Shown: piece after piece, positions 17,377 to 26,169 of the stretch
Layout of the letters: every line of letters begins with the position of its first letter
How positions within the stretch are numbered: the first letter of the stretch is position 1
Source of the DNA: an uncultured Chthonomonadaceae bacterium
GTDB lineage: Bacteria > Armatimonadota > Chthonomonadetes > Chthonomonadales > CAJBBX01
Direction of reading: 5' to 3'
NCBI GenBank assembly: GCA_964519955.1
Contig: CAZFLM010000008.1
Span: 4,732-68,731 of the forward strand
DNA: 64,000 bases
The notes under the pieces: model-generated
What the model was told of the DNA's origin: nothing
What the model saw: the letters and a program-made list of their open reading frames with translations, nothing else
Databases searched by the model: none
Made by a program: the position numbers and the translations under genes

Positions 17377-17676
17377 CTAAGCCGATTCGAACAGGGCGCG
17401 GCGGTGTGCGCGGCTCCGAGCGCGCTGCTCGTGCAAGGCGACCGGCAGACCGACCACGAGGGGTACTGCGATGGGCGAGACCGCAAGCCAGGGCTGGTGC
17501 GCGTAGGTTCGCAGGAGCGACATGACGATGATCGCTGCAATCGTGACGGCGAAAGCCGGCAGCAGCACCAGGTTCCTCAGCCTGTCGTTCCGCCGATCAA
17601 GGCGTTCCAACTCGGCCCAATGGGGCCATACCGCCTCGTCTGCCATCAGCTCGGCCCTTAGCTCTGCTTCGCCCAC
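17377..17676 (-). CDS. LLRP-tail paralog 4, N-terminal 2-TM half of a split copy
   Basis: GGAGG then GTG at 17676 (alternative ATG at 17646). Two TM helices, then RARSRAHRRALFESA*, comparable to AAAHRRRLAQAIERAA of paralog 3. The start position is uncertain. Confidence 0.55.
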   Translation of the reverse strand: MGEAELRAELMADEAVWPHWAELERLDRRNDRLRNLVLLPAFAVTIAAIIVMSLLRTYAHQPWLAVSPIAVPLVVGLPVALHEQRARSRAHRRALFESA

Positions 17677-17703
17677 GTTATCGCCACCTCCGCCCGCCCC
17701 AAT

Positions 17704-17728
17704 CCCCAAGTCCCAAGTCCCAAGTCCC
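17704..17728. repeat. Heptanucleotide tandem repeat (CCCAAGT)x3.4
   Basis: CCCAAGT at 17705, 17712 and 17719, plus a partial copy. Intergenic, between the stop at 17737 and the next start. Confidence 0.85.
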
Positions 17729-17736
17729 GCCGCCGG

Positions 17737-20706
17737 CTACTCCACCACCAGCAGCCAGCCCTTCGCCGGGTCCACCGGGATGGCCTCGTCGAGCCGGAAC
17801 GCGGCGGCAGGCTGGAAGCCCTCGACAGGCGGCGCGGCGATCTTGGCCTTCGACGGGTCCAGGCCGAGCGCCGTCCAGTCGATCGCCAGCTTCACGCTCA
17901 CCTTCGTCTTCGCCCAGCTCGCCAGCGAGATCAGCGTCTTGCCTTCGCGCACGTACGCGGTGGCGAGCACGTCGGCGTTGTTCGTCCGGACCGGGCAGTC
18001 CTTGGCCCAGTAGCCGAACATCTGCGCGCGCTGGATGCCGAACGAGTCCCACAGCGCCCAGATGTGCTTCGGGTCGGCCCCGCTGTAGTAGCGCGCCGTC
18101 ATGCCGTAGACCATGCCGCGCCACGGGTTGCCGTTGTCCTGCAGCATCTCGCCATAGAGGCCGAAGGGGATGCCCGAGACCTCCACGAGCCAGAAGTCCG
18201 GCGTCTCGTTGTAGTCGAAACCCTCGCCGAACCAGATGCTGTCGATGTACGGGAAGTGCTCCATGTATTGCCCGGCGCAGTTGTTGAGGCCGTACTCCGG
18301 GGCGTAGTTGTTGCCCGAGTGGAAGTCGATGAGGCTGCCGGGGCGCGTGCGGTCCATCACCTTGCGCACGCGCTTCATGATCTCGCGGTCGTAGCCGATG
18401 CCGTCCAGGTACAGCCCGTCGATCCGCACGTTCTGCATCAGCCAGCGCAGCCCCTCGAGGTAGGTGTTGTGCCAGCGCGAGAGGCCCACCGTGCCGATGG
18501 CCGCGTCCGTCTCGCCGCCGCCGAGCGGCGTGTGCCAGGCCGGGGCGTAGTTGGAGACGAGATGCTCCTGCAGCCACGAGTCCCCGCCGCCAGGCCCGTC
18601 GGTGAAGACCTCATAGCCCAGGCTGCGCAGCGCGAACAGCTCGGCCACACGGTTGCTCAGCTCGCGGATGGTGTAGTAGATCTTCACCTTCAGCCCGAAC
18701 GCGTGGGCCTCCTTGACGTACGCCGCCATCTTCGCCGTCTCGACGAACGGGTAGTTGATGTACGGGTTCAGCTCGTTGCCCTGGTGCACGTTGATGATGG
18801 AGGCGCCGCTCTCGGCCGCGGTCTTCGGCGGCACCATCTGGTGGTAGTATCGCCAGGCCCAGTGGTTCGGGTCGAGCGGCTTCACGGGCGTGATGAGCAG
18901 GCCGAACCGGTAGCGGACCGTCTGGCCCTTCGTCATGTGGCGCTGTCCGGAGAAGGCGCGAACCAGCACGCGGTCCGCCCCAGCGTCGGCAATGGAGCAC
19001 CCGCCGTGCCCCGAGTTGCCCCACGAGTCCGGGATGCCCGCCGCTCTCAGGTTGTAAAGGTCCCAGGTGTCCTGCTCGCCCTTCAGCTTGAGCTGGAGCC
19101 CGCCATCGGCCTCGCCGACCCAGACGTAGTTGTTCGCCCGCTCGATGTTCCACTGCCACTCCCACTTCGGCGGCCGGTAGCCTCCCTTGCGGCCCATGCC
19201 CATCAGGTAGGTCGCGGCCTCGCGGCGCATCGGCACCTCCAGGCGGATGTCCGTCAGGTCGGTGTCGGCCAGCGCCGTGACGGCGACCTCGACGGTAAGG
19301 TAGCCGTCGGCCTCCATCCTCGTGTGGCACTGAGCGGCCAGCGGCTTCGACGCCCACTCGGAGAGCAGCTCCACTACCGCGGGCGCCTTGCTGACCACCT
19401 TGTAGCCGCCCGCCTTCCACACCACCGGGCCGGCCTGCGTCTCGGCGGCCAGGGCCATCGGCGCGGCCAGGATCTCGCGGTCCCCGGCGCGGATGCCGGC
19501 GGGCAGCCCGCTCGGCCCGAACGTCACCACGCGGCCGAGGCATCGGATCGCCTTCTGCTTGGGGTCGACCACCAGCGGCGTATACGGCGCCACCACCTGC
19601 TCGTCCAGGCCAATGGTGGAATCGAGCCAGCCCAGACGCGCAAGCCGCGTGTTGTCGTCGACACCGGCGTCCGGCGCGATCTCGCTGCCCACCGTCAGCC
19701 GGATCGGAACGGAGCGCCGCGGGACGCCTTTGCCCGACACCACCGCCGTGATGCGGTACTCCCCGGGCTTCGCGGCGGCCGGCACGCGGATCAGGCACCA
19801 GAACGCCTGGACCTTTCCCTGCGGCACGTTCACCCACTTGGTGATGGCGCGCCCCAGCCAGTCGGTCCCGCCCAGGTTCAGGCACCGGATGTCCGTGGCC
19901 TGCAGCGTCGAGCCCTTGACGCCCGAGAGGCTGAACGCGACCCCGACGTCCTTCACCTCCGTCCGCGCCGCCCACAGCCCGATCTGGAACACGACGCACT
20001 CGCCGCGTGCGCCCTTCAGCTCCAGGGATGTCGGGTTCTCGCCGCGCACCCAGCGCAGTGGCAACTCGTCTGCCATGCGGATGGGGTGGGCGGTGTCCTC
20101 CGGGAAGAGCAGGTAGCGCTCCGATGCGTGCTTGGCCAGGTACTCCTGCACCTCCGCCGGGGTTGCGCAGACCTCCATCGGGTCGAACCGGTGGAACTCG
20201 CCCCGCGCCTGGATCGCCCGCACCTCCGCGTCCGGCAGGCTGTCCCACCGCTTGGCGTCGAACCGGCCCGGGGCGAGTCCGTTGCGCTCCGCCCACACCG
20301 GGTCCGGATGCGCCTCGCTCGCCGGCACGTAGGTCACGGTGGGGAAGTACGGCGAGCCGGCGGTGGTGGAGGGGAGGTAGTAGAACGCGTAGTCGCCGGG
20401 CACAGCCGTGGGCCGGAACGCGAAGCACCCCGCTTCGCGGTCGACGTGGTAGGGCACGACGTCGGCCGTCTCCTTGCCCGCAGTCAGATCGACCAGCACC
20501 ACCTGCACGCGCTCGGGATGCGCATCCCTGCGCCGCCACGGGATGCGCACCCGCGCCGCGTCGGTCTGCGTCGCCACGTGGACCAGCGCGCGGTGGTTGC
20601 CGTACTTGGCATCCCACTCGGCGACTGAGCGCGGCGGCTCCTGGGCTCGTGCGGTCACGGCCAGACCTGCCAGCGCGACGAGCGCGATGGTGCGATGCTG
20701 AGGCAT
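17737..20706 (-). CDS. Secreted putative glycoside hydrolase (TIM-barrel, GH123/DUF4091-like)
   Basis: GGAGGG then ATG at 20706. MPQHRTIALVALAGLAVTARAQ is a signal peptide. The C-terminal KIYYTIRELSN...IDGLYLDGIGYDREIMKRVRKV...IDFHSGNNY pattern recalls GHL/DUF4091 catalytic domains. Family call from memory. Confidence 0.55.
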   Translation of the reverse strand: MPQHRTIALVALAGLAVTARAQEPPRSVAEWDAKYGNHRALVHVATQTDAARVRIPWRRRDAHPERVQVVLVDLTAGKETADVVPYHVDREAGCFAFRPTAVPGDYAFYYLPSTTAGSPYFPTVTYVPASEAHPDPVWAERNGLAPGRFDAKRWDSLPDAEVRAIQARGEFHRFDPMEVCATPAEVQEYLAKHASERYLLFPEDTAHPIRMADELPLRWVRGENPTSLELKGARGECVVFQIGLWAARTEVKDVGVAFSLSGVKGSTLQATDIRCLNLGGTDWLGRAITKWVNVPQGKVQAFWCLIRVPAAAKPGEYRITAVVSGKGVPRRSVPIRLTVGSEIAPDAGVDDNTRLARLGWLDSTIGLDEQVVAPYTPLVVDPKQKAIRCLGRVVTFGPSGLPAGIRAGDREILAAPMALAAETQAGPVVWKAGGYKVVSKAPAVVELLSEWASKPLAAQCHTRMEADGYLTVEVAVTALADTDLTDIRLEVPMRREAATYLMGMGRKGGYRPPKWEWQWNIERANNYVWVGEADGGLQLKLKGEQDTWDLYNLRAAGIPDSWGNSGHGGCSIADAGADRVLVRAFSGQRHMTKGQTVRYRFGLLITPVKPLDPNHWAWRYYHQMVPPKTAAESGASIINVHQGNELNPYINYPFVETAKMAAYVKEAHAFGLKVKIYYTIRELSNRVAELFALRSLGYEVFTDGPGGGDSWLQEHLVSNYAPAWHTPLGGGETDAAIGTVGLSRWHNTYLEGLRWLMQNVRIDGLYLDGIGYDREIMKRVRKVMDRTRPGSLIDFHSGNNYAPEYGLNNCAGQYMEHFPYIDSIWFGEGFDYNETPDFWLVEVSGIPFGLYGEMLQDNGNPWRGMVYGMTARYYSGADPKHIWALWDSFGIQRAQMFGYWAKDCPVRTNNADVLATAYVREGKTLISLASWAKTKVSVKLAIDWTALGLDPSKAKIAAPPVEGFQPAAAFRLDEAIPVDPAKGWLLVVE

Positions 20707-20908
20707 GGGTGGGTCCCTCCGTGCCGGCGCGGCTGGGCGAGCGCGCGAGCGTGTGGCCAAGGCGTGTTCGTGGGCGCCGGGTTCATGCGGTGCAGTTCGT
20801 CGCGGCTGGCGGAGGCACCTGCCACGCGAAGCCGGCCGCGACCGTATGGTAGGCTGAGCACCGCTGACAAGCGGCCGATCACTCTCGCACCAGAGGAGCT
20901 ACCCGACG

Positions 20909-21379
20909 ATGCCCATCACGGAAGGCGCGCCGGCGCCATCGTTCACACTCCCCGCCGGCGACGGCAGCACGGTGAGCCTCGCAGACTACCGCGGCAAGAC
21001 CGTGGTGCTGTACTTCTACCCGAAGGACGATACGCCCGGATGCACGACGGAGGCCTGCTCGTTCCGCGACGCGACCGACGACCTGCGTGCGGCCGGCGCC
21101 GTGGTGCTGGGCGTCAGCCCCGACGCGCCGAAGTCGCACGCCCGCTTCGCCGAGAAGCACAGCCTGCCGTTCCCGCTGCTCGCCGACGAGGACCACTCGG
21201 TGGCCGAGCAGTACGGCGTCTGGGTGGAGAAGAACAACTACGGCAAGAAGTACATGGGCATCGAGCGCTCCACGTTCGTGATCGACGGCGAGCGCGTGGT
21301 GCGGAAGGTGTTCCGCAAGGTGAAGGTCGCCGGGCATGCGGAAGCCGTGTCGGAGGCGGTGAGGGGGCTGCAGGCATAG
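20909..21379 (+). CDS. bcp: Thiol peroxidase Bcp (peroxiredoxin)
   Basis: APSFTLPAGDGSTVSLADYRGKTVVLYFYPKDDTPGCTTEACSFRD is the canonical Bcp/PrxQ active site. Confidence 0.93.
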   Translation: MPITEGAPAPSFTLPAGDGSTVSLADYRGKTVVLYFYPKDDTPGCTTEACSFRDATDDLRAAGAVVLGVSPDAPKSHARFAEKHSLPFPLLADEDHSVAEQYGVWVEKNNYGKKYMGIERSTFVIDGERVVRKVFRKVKVAGHAEAVSEAVRGLQA

Positions 21380-21414
21380 GCGAGGCCCGGAGCGGCGCTG
21401 CTCCGGGCCTCGCC
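21379..21414. terminator. Bidirectional hairpin between convergent genes
   Basis: GGCGAGGCCCGGAGC-ggcgct-GCTCCGGGCCTCGCC is a 15-bp perfect stem. Confidence 0.6.
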
Positions 21415-21433
21415 TAGTCGCCCTACCTGAGGA

Positions 21434-23122
21434 CTACGGCGCCACGTAGCCGATCACGTTCACGCCGGTGGGGTTGAACGTCGGCACGACCGCGAACACG
21501 GTTCCGTTGACGCTGATGGTCCCTCCGTCGGCGTTCAGACCGACTGGGTCGCCGTACCACTGGCTGCTGTCGGCGCTGATGTTCCCGCCCGCGGACACCG
21601 AGATGGCGCCCGGGTTGGCCGACTGGAAGTAGCCGCCCGTGACCGTGATGTCGCCGCCGGCCTCCACAACGATGTCCCCGTTGGTCAGCCACGAGCACGC
21701 CGTCGCCGAGAGGTCCTCGAACGTGCTCACCGTCAGCGTATCGGCCATCGCGAAGCTGGTGTTCGCGCTGATGCCATTGGCGCCCTCGATGTTGGCGCTG
21801 CCGGTCACGCTGAGCCCCGCGCTGTCCATCGTCACGCTGCCCCAGCCCGCATCGACCAAGAGGCTTCCGCTGCTGGTCAGGTAGGCGCTGGTCAGATCGA
21901 TGGCATAGGAAGCATGGTGTCCGTGGTGCCCTGGGTGTCCGGGACCGCCCCAGTCGCCGCCCGGGCAACCCCAGTCACCGCCGGGCCAGCCCCAGTCGCC
22001 GCCACCGCCGCAGCCAGGGTTGCTGCCCCCGCCGCTGCCGCCGCCGGTCTCGCACAGCGTGCCGACGGCCGAGCGACTGGCTGAGAAGCATCCGCCGTGG
22101 TTGCCGCCGCAGCCACCGTGGTGACCGCAGTGGGCCGGCTCGCCGCAGGTGATGGCGAGGTCGGCATAGCTCACGATGGTCGCGCCCACCAGGTCGATCC
22201 CGAAGCTCGGGGCGCAGCCTGGATCGTCACCGTGCTGGCCGCCATCGCCGGGGCAACCCCAGTCACCGCCGGGCCAGCCCCAGTCACCGCCGCCGCCGCA
22301 GCCAGGGTTGCTGCCCCCGCCGCTGCCGCCGCCGGTCTCGCACGCCACGCCGACGCCCTTGCTCGCGACTGAGCAGCACCCATGATGGTCCCCGCCGCAG
22401 CCGCCGCCGTGGTGGTGACCCCAGTGCCAGGGCTGTCCGCTCGTGATGGTCACGTTGAGCCCGTAGATGACGACGCCCGGCATGGCGACACGATGACCAC
22501 CAATGACATCCACATCGTAGTCGGAGTACATCGATGGCGCAACGCCGGTGTCCGACGAGGCCGCACCGGTGATGTCGCCTCGGTCGCACTCGATCCAGAT
22601 GCCGTTCGATCCCGAGAGGACGGTGTTCTCGCCGAGCGTCAGCGACGTGCCGCCACGGATATCGATAGCGCCGGCGCTGATGGCGGCGCCGGTAGCGCTG
22701 AACGCGCCATCGGGCGCGATCTTGAGGAGGTCAGTCGCGGAGAGCACACCGCCGATCGCGATGTCCTCGCCCGCGACAAGTGCGAGGCCTGGCGCCTCGA
22801 CTGTGCCACCGATCGTGATGCTGCGGCCTGCGCGCAGAACCGCGGCCGCCGGGATCTGGCAGTAGACGCTCGGCGGCACAACGAGGCCGGCGGCGCGACG
22901 GCGAGCCCGATAGCCTGGCTCGCTCTGCTGGGTGTCGAAGAGACCGTCCGCGGCGAGCACCGGAAGGTCGACCTGAACGTCCTTGGACCCATATAGCCCG
23001 TCCCCGTCGACGTCGACGAAGGCGAAGCCCGGATCGGCGATGGGTGCGTCGGCCCGCGCCAGGACGGGCACGAGGCAAAGAGCAGCAAGTAGCGCGGCAA
23101 GTGCCGCACGGCGTAGTGTCAC
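21434..23122 (-). CDS. Secreted beta-helix-like protein carrying two His/Cys/Gly/Trp-rich modules
   Basis: GGGAGGA then GTG at 23122 (VTLRRAALAALLAALCLVPVLARA, a signal peptide). G/S/T/I/V-rich repeat stretches are typical of parallel beta-helices. Two ~96-aa modules contain CETGGGSGGGSNPGCGGGGDWGWPGGDWGCPG. Confidence 0.7.
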   Translation of the reverse strand: MTLRRAALAALLAALCLVPVLARADAPIADPGFAFVDVDGDGLYGSKDVQVDLPVLAADGLFDTQQSEPGYRARRRAAGLVVPPSVYCQIPAAAVLRAGRSITIGGTVEAPGLALVAGEDIAIGGVLSATDLLKIAPDGAFSATGAAISAGAIDIRGGTSLTLGENTVLSGSNGIWIECDRGDITGAASSDTGVAPSMYSDYDVDVIGGHRVAMPGVVIYGLNVTITSGQPWHWGHHHGGGCGGDHHGCCSVASKGVGVACETGGGSGGGSNPGCGGGGDWGWPGGDWGCPGDGGQHGDDPGCAPSFGIDLVGATIVSYADLAITCGEPAHCGHHGGCGGNHGGCFSASRSAVGTLCETGGGSGGGSNPGCGGGGDWGWPGGDWGCPGGDWGGPGHPGHHGHHASYAIDLTSAYLTSSGSLLVDAGWGSVTMDSAGLSVTGSANIEGANGISANTSFAMADTLTVSTFEDLSATACSWLTNGDIVVEAGGDITVTGGYFQSANPGAISVSAGGNISADSSQWYGDPVGLNADGGTISVNGTVFAVVPTFNPTGVNVIGYVAP

Positions 23123-23738
23123 AGGTTCCTCCCTGGGCGTCTCCCCGGACGCCCTGTCATGGACGGCAGCCAGGCCGGCTTCGCTGCGACGGCGATCGGC
23201 ACCGTCCGTTGGTCCTCCGTCTTGATTGACGTGCCGATAGTGGGGCGCTCGGGTCCGTGCCGTCGGAACATCGGTTCCGACGTCCTGCAGATGGGCGTTC
23301 CCGATCGGCAATGACCGCGACGCGCGGGGGGACGCGCTCTTACCTATTGTCGGCGTCAGCCGCCGCCAACCGCACCCGGTGGGAGTGCGGTGCTTTGACG
23401 GCCTCGCAGCCCAGCAGGCCTGGCGGATGTGCGGGGGCGCGGTCGGCTGCCGTGGCGCGCTCGGTGCCTCAGCCGCCCGAGCGGCGGGCAGGGGCTAACG
23501 CCGCAGGCAACCTGGACCAACAATGCATGCAGTACTACCAGTGTCGATCCGCGCGGCGCTCGGCCTCGACGGACTTCCTCGGTTCGTGCAGGTCTTTGGG
23601 CGTCCGAGCGCGGATATACCCGCAACACCGTCGGGACGCGCACGCCGACTGGCTTGCGTCGCTGCAGCGTCCCCATGGGTGCGTCGGCATCACGTGGAAT
23701 CCTGCCTCCTCGCCGGCGGTCCATCGAAAAGGGAGTAC

Positions 23739-25040
23739 ATGGGCATGCTAGGAACGTCGATCAGAACGACTGCGGCCACGATCGTCGGAGGCGGCGCGTT
23801 GGTCTTGATGGCGGCGGCCGCGTGGGCTCAGACGCCCGCCAAGCCGGCGCCTGGCCTCACGATCACCGGCGAAGCTCGGTTCCGCTACGAGAACCGGCAG
23901 AACGCCGCCTTCTCAGAGGCGCAGGACAACAATCCGAAGGACGAGTTGGCTCGGCTGCGCGTCGGCTTCAACTACCAGTTCGAGAGTGGCCCGCGCATCT
24001 ACGTCCAGCCCCAGTTCAACTGGCAGCACAACGCGTGCGTCGCCAAGCCGAAGGGCACGGACTGGGAGGGCGACGTCTTCAACGCCTACGTCGAGTTCGG
24101 CAACAAGGCAGCGAAGTGGCGCGTCGGGCGGCAGGAACTCACGTACGGCGAGGGACGCCTGCAGGCCGCCTCGAACTGGAACAACTCCGGACGGAGCTAC
24201 GACGCGGCGAAGGTGACCTACACCGATGCCACTACGAAGACGGACCTCTTCGTGGGCAAAGTCGGCCATGTAGGCCAGAAGTACCAGCACCCGCTGTTCG
24301 CCGGCGCCTACTCCACCATCACCCCCCGCAAGGACCTGAGCTACGACGCGTACCTGCTGTTCAAGTCGCTGGATGTGAACGCGACCACCCAACAGGAGAT
24401 CTACACGATCGGCAGCCGGCCGAAGTACAAGTGGCGCCAGGTGGACGCCTACGGAGAAGCGGCGTACCAGTTTGGCCAGTACGGTGACCGCACGGTGAGC
24501 GCCTACGCGTACATGGCGAATGTGGGCTACACCTTCAAGGGCTCGTCGGCACTCCGCGTGGCAGCCGAATACGACTTCGCCAGTGGCGGCAACCCGACGT
24601 CCGGTACCTATAACACGTTCGATCAGTTGTTCCTGACGAGTCACAACATCGTCGACAGCATGATCGGCATGTACGACGGCGTCGGCTGGCGCAACATGCG
24701 GGCCTGGCGTCTGAACGCCAACTTCAAGCCTGCGAAGAAGTGGACGATCGCGGTCGACGGATACCACTTCATGCTCGACAACGCCACGGACTACTGGTAC
24801 ACCAAGGGCGGCGGCACGATGACGGGCGCGGACGGTGCCGGCATTCGCGACGCCACCGGCGCATCGGGCCGAGACCTGGGCAAGGAACTCGACCTGAGCG
24901 TCTCCTACGAGGTGCGCAAGGGCTTCGTCGTCGGTGGGCAGGTATCTCGCTTCTTCCCGGGCCCGTTCGTCCGCAGCGCCAACAAGGGCTTCGCCGACAA
25001 CGGCACCTGGTTCTGCTTCCAGACGGAGTACAAGTGGTAG
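23739..25040 (+). CDS. Outer-membrane beta-barrel, alginate-export (AlgE-like) family
   Basis: AAAAGGGAG RBS. MGMLGTSIRTTAATIVGGGALVLMAAAAWA is a signal peptide. LTITGEARFRYENR is an N-terminal motif of this family. Alternating beta-strand pattern, and the protein ends ...FQTEYKW. Confidence 0.6.
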   Translation: MGMLGTSIRTTAATIVGGGALVLMAAAAWAQTPAKPAPGLTITGEARFRYENRQNAAFSEAQDNNPKDELARLRVGFNYQFESGPRIYVQPQFNWQHNACVAKPKGTDWEGDVFNAYVEFGNKAAKWRVGRQELTYGEGRLQAASNWNNSGRSYDAAKVTYTDATTKTDLFVGKVGHVGQKYQHPLFAGAYSTITPRKDLSYDAYLLFKSLDVNATTQQEIYTIGSRPKYKWRQVDAYGEAAYQFGQYGDRTVSAYAYMANVGYTFKGSSALRVAAEYDFASGGNPTSGTYNTFDQLFLTSHNIVDSMIGMYDGVGWRNMRAWRLNANFKPAKKWTIAVDGYHFMLDNATDYWYTKGGGTMTGADGAGIRDATGASGRDLGKELDLSVSYEVRKGFVVGGQVSRFFPGPFVRSANKGFADNGTWFCFQTEYKW

Positions 25041-25162
25041 CGAGTAGCGAGTAGCCAGAAGTCAGAAGTCAGAAGCCAGAAGCCAGAAGCCAGAAGGGGC
25101 TGCCCCTTCTGGCTTCTGGCGTTCAACTTTCGACTTTCAACGCTTCACCTTCGACCTCCGAC
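25041..25162. repeat. Composite heptanucleotide repeat region: (CGAGTAG)x2, (YCAGAAG)x6, an 18-bp hairpin, (nTTCRAC)x6
   Basis: 25041-25054 CGAGTAG x2. 25055-25096 YCAGAAG x6. Hairpin GCCAGAAGCCAGAAGGGG/CCCCTTCTGGCTTCTGGC at 25082-25120. 25121-25162 holds heptamers of the form nTTCRAC. Confidence 0.85.
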
Positions 25163-25183
25163 GTACCTCGCCCTTCCGCCCCT

Positions 25184-26059
25184 TCACGCCGCCGTGGGCG
25201 CCGCCGCTGGTTCGGGCGGCCGGTTGTCCTGGTGCAGTTGGTTGCGGCCGGCCCGCTTGGCCGAGTAGAGCGACCGGTCGGCGTCTCGCAGCATGTCCTC
25301 GATCGTCCCGGTCGGCTTCTCGTACGTCACCGCGCCGACGCTGAAGGTGACCGGCCAGCCGTGCCGCCGCATCTCGCCCAGCAGGCGCTCTCGCACGCGC
25401 TCGATGCCGCACCGGCTCGGCGCCTCGGCGGTCTCCGGAAGCACCAGGGCGAACTCGTCGCCGCCCAGCCGCGCCACGATGTCGGTCGACCGCGTCTCGG
25501 TCGCCAGCGTCTGCCCAATTGTGCGCAAGCACTGGTCGCCCACGCTGTGGCCGAGCGTGTCATTGAGGTCCTTGAAGTGGTCGCAGTCGATCACCGCGAC
25601 GGTGAAGGGACGTCCGTAGCGTGCGCACCGGGCCAACTCGCGCCGTGCGATCTCGTAGAAGCCCGCGACGTTGGCGATGCCAGTCAGGTGATCGATGCGC
25701 GCGGCAAGCGTCTCCGCGGCGAGCTTGTCGCGCAAAGAGACGAGCGTCGCGACGCAGAACCCGAAGAAGACGGTGGTCGCGGCGGCGTTCCACACCTCGA
25801 TGTGCAGGCGCTCTCCGGGCAGCCCTGCCGCGACGTCGGTCAGCAGATTGGCGGCGATGCAGGCGGAGGCAGTCAGCATACCGGGACCCACCCCCATGCG
25901 CCACGCGACGAGGCTGATGGGAAGCAGGTAGAAGGGGCCGAGTTGGGCTTCGTAGCCGGAGAGGAAGTCCGTGTAGCCAATGGCGACGACGATCAGCGCG
26001 GCGAAGAGGACAGCCGTGCTCCGGCGGCAGTTCGTGAGGGTGTCCAGTAAGTGAGCCAT
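25184..26059 (-). CDS. Membrane-anchored diguanylate cyclase (GGDEF)
   Basis: ATG at 26059 (MAHLLDTLT...). 3-4 TM helices. IDHLTGIANVAGFYE...VIDCDHFKDLNDTLGHSVGD...RSTDIVARLGGDEFALVL has both the GGDEF motif and an RxxD I-site. Confidence 0.9.
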   Translation of the reverse strand: MAHLLDTLTNCRRSTAVLFAALIVVAIGYTDFLSGYEAQLGPFYLLPISLVAWRMGVGPGMLTASACIAANLLTDVAAGLPGERLHIEVWNAAATTVFFGFCVATLVSLRDKLAAETLAARIDHLTGIANVAGFYEIARRELARCARYGRPFTVAVIDCDHFKDLNDTLGHSVGDQCLRTIGQTLATETRSTDIVARLGGDEFALVLPETAEAPSRCGIERVRERLLGEMRRHGWPVTFSVGAVTYEKPTGTIEDMLRDADRSLYSAKRAGRNQLHQDNRPPEPAAAPTAA

Positions 26060-26169
26060 CGCACCATCCAACCGGTACCATTGTCGGTTCGTTCGGTGCG
26101 TACCTGTACCACCCACTGCGCGTTCCAGTTGGTACGGTCCACGTCGGGGGCCAAACGCCCTGATAGCCT

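Noticed and set aside
18064-20628. 854-aa plus-strand and 668-aa minus-strand alternative ORFs across the glycoside-hydrolase-like gene
   Set aside because: They overlap the 989-aa ORF that has a signal peptide, an RBS and domain-like motifs. The alternatives have low-complexity Arg/Gly/Pro-rich translations.
23123-23738. Riboswitch or sRNA in the 616-nt divergent intergenic region between the beta-helix protein and the porin
   Set aside because: I scanned both strands for GEMM-like cores (GGCAAAC / CGCAAAGCC) and other familiar motifs. Only loose matches turned up (e.g. GCAGCGAAGCCGGCC). Nothing could be supported without covariance-model searches.
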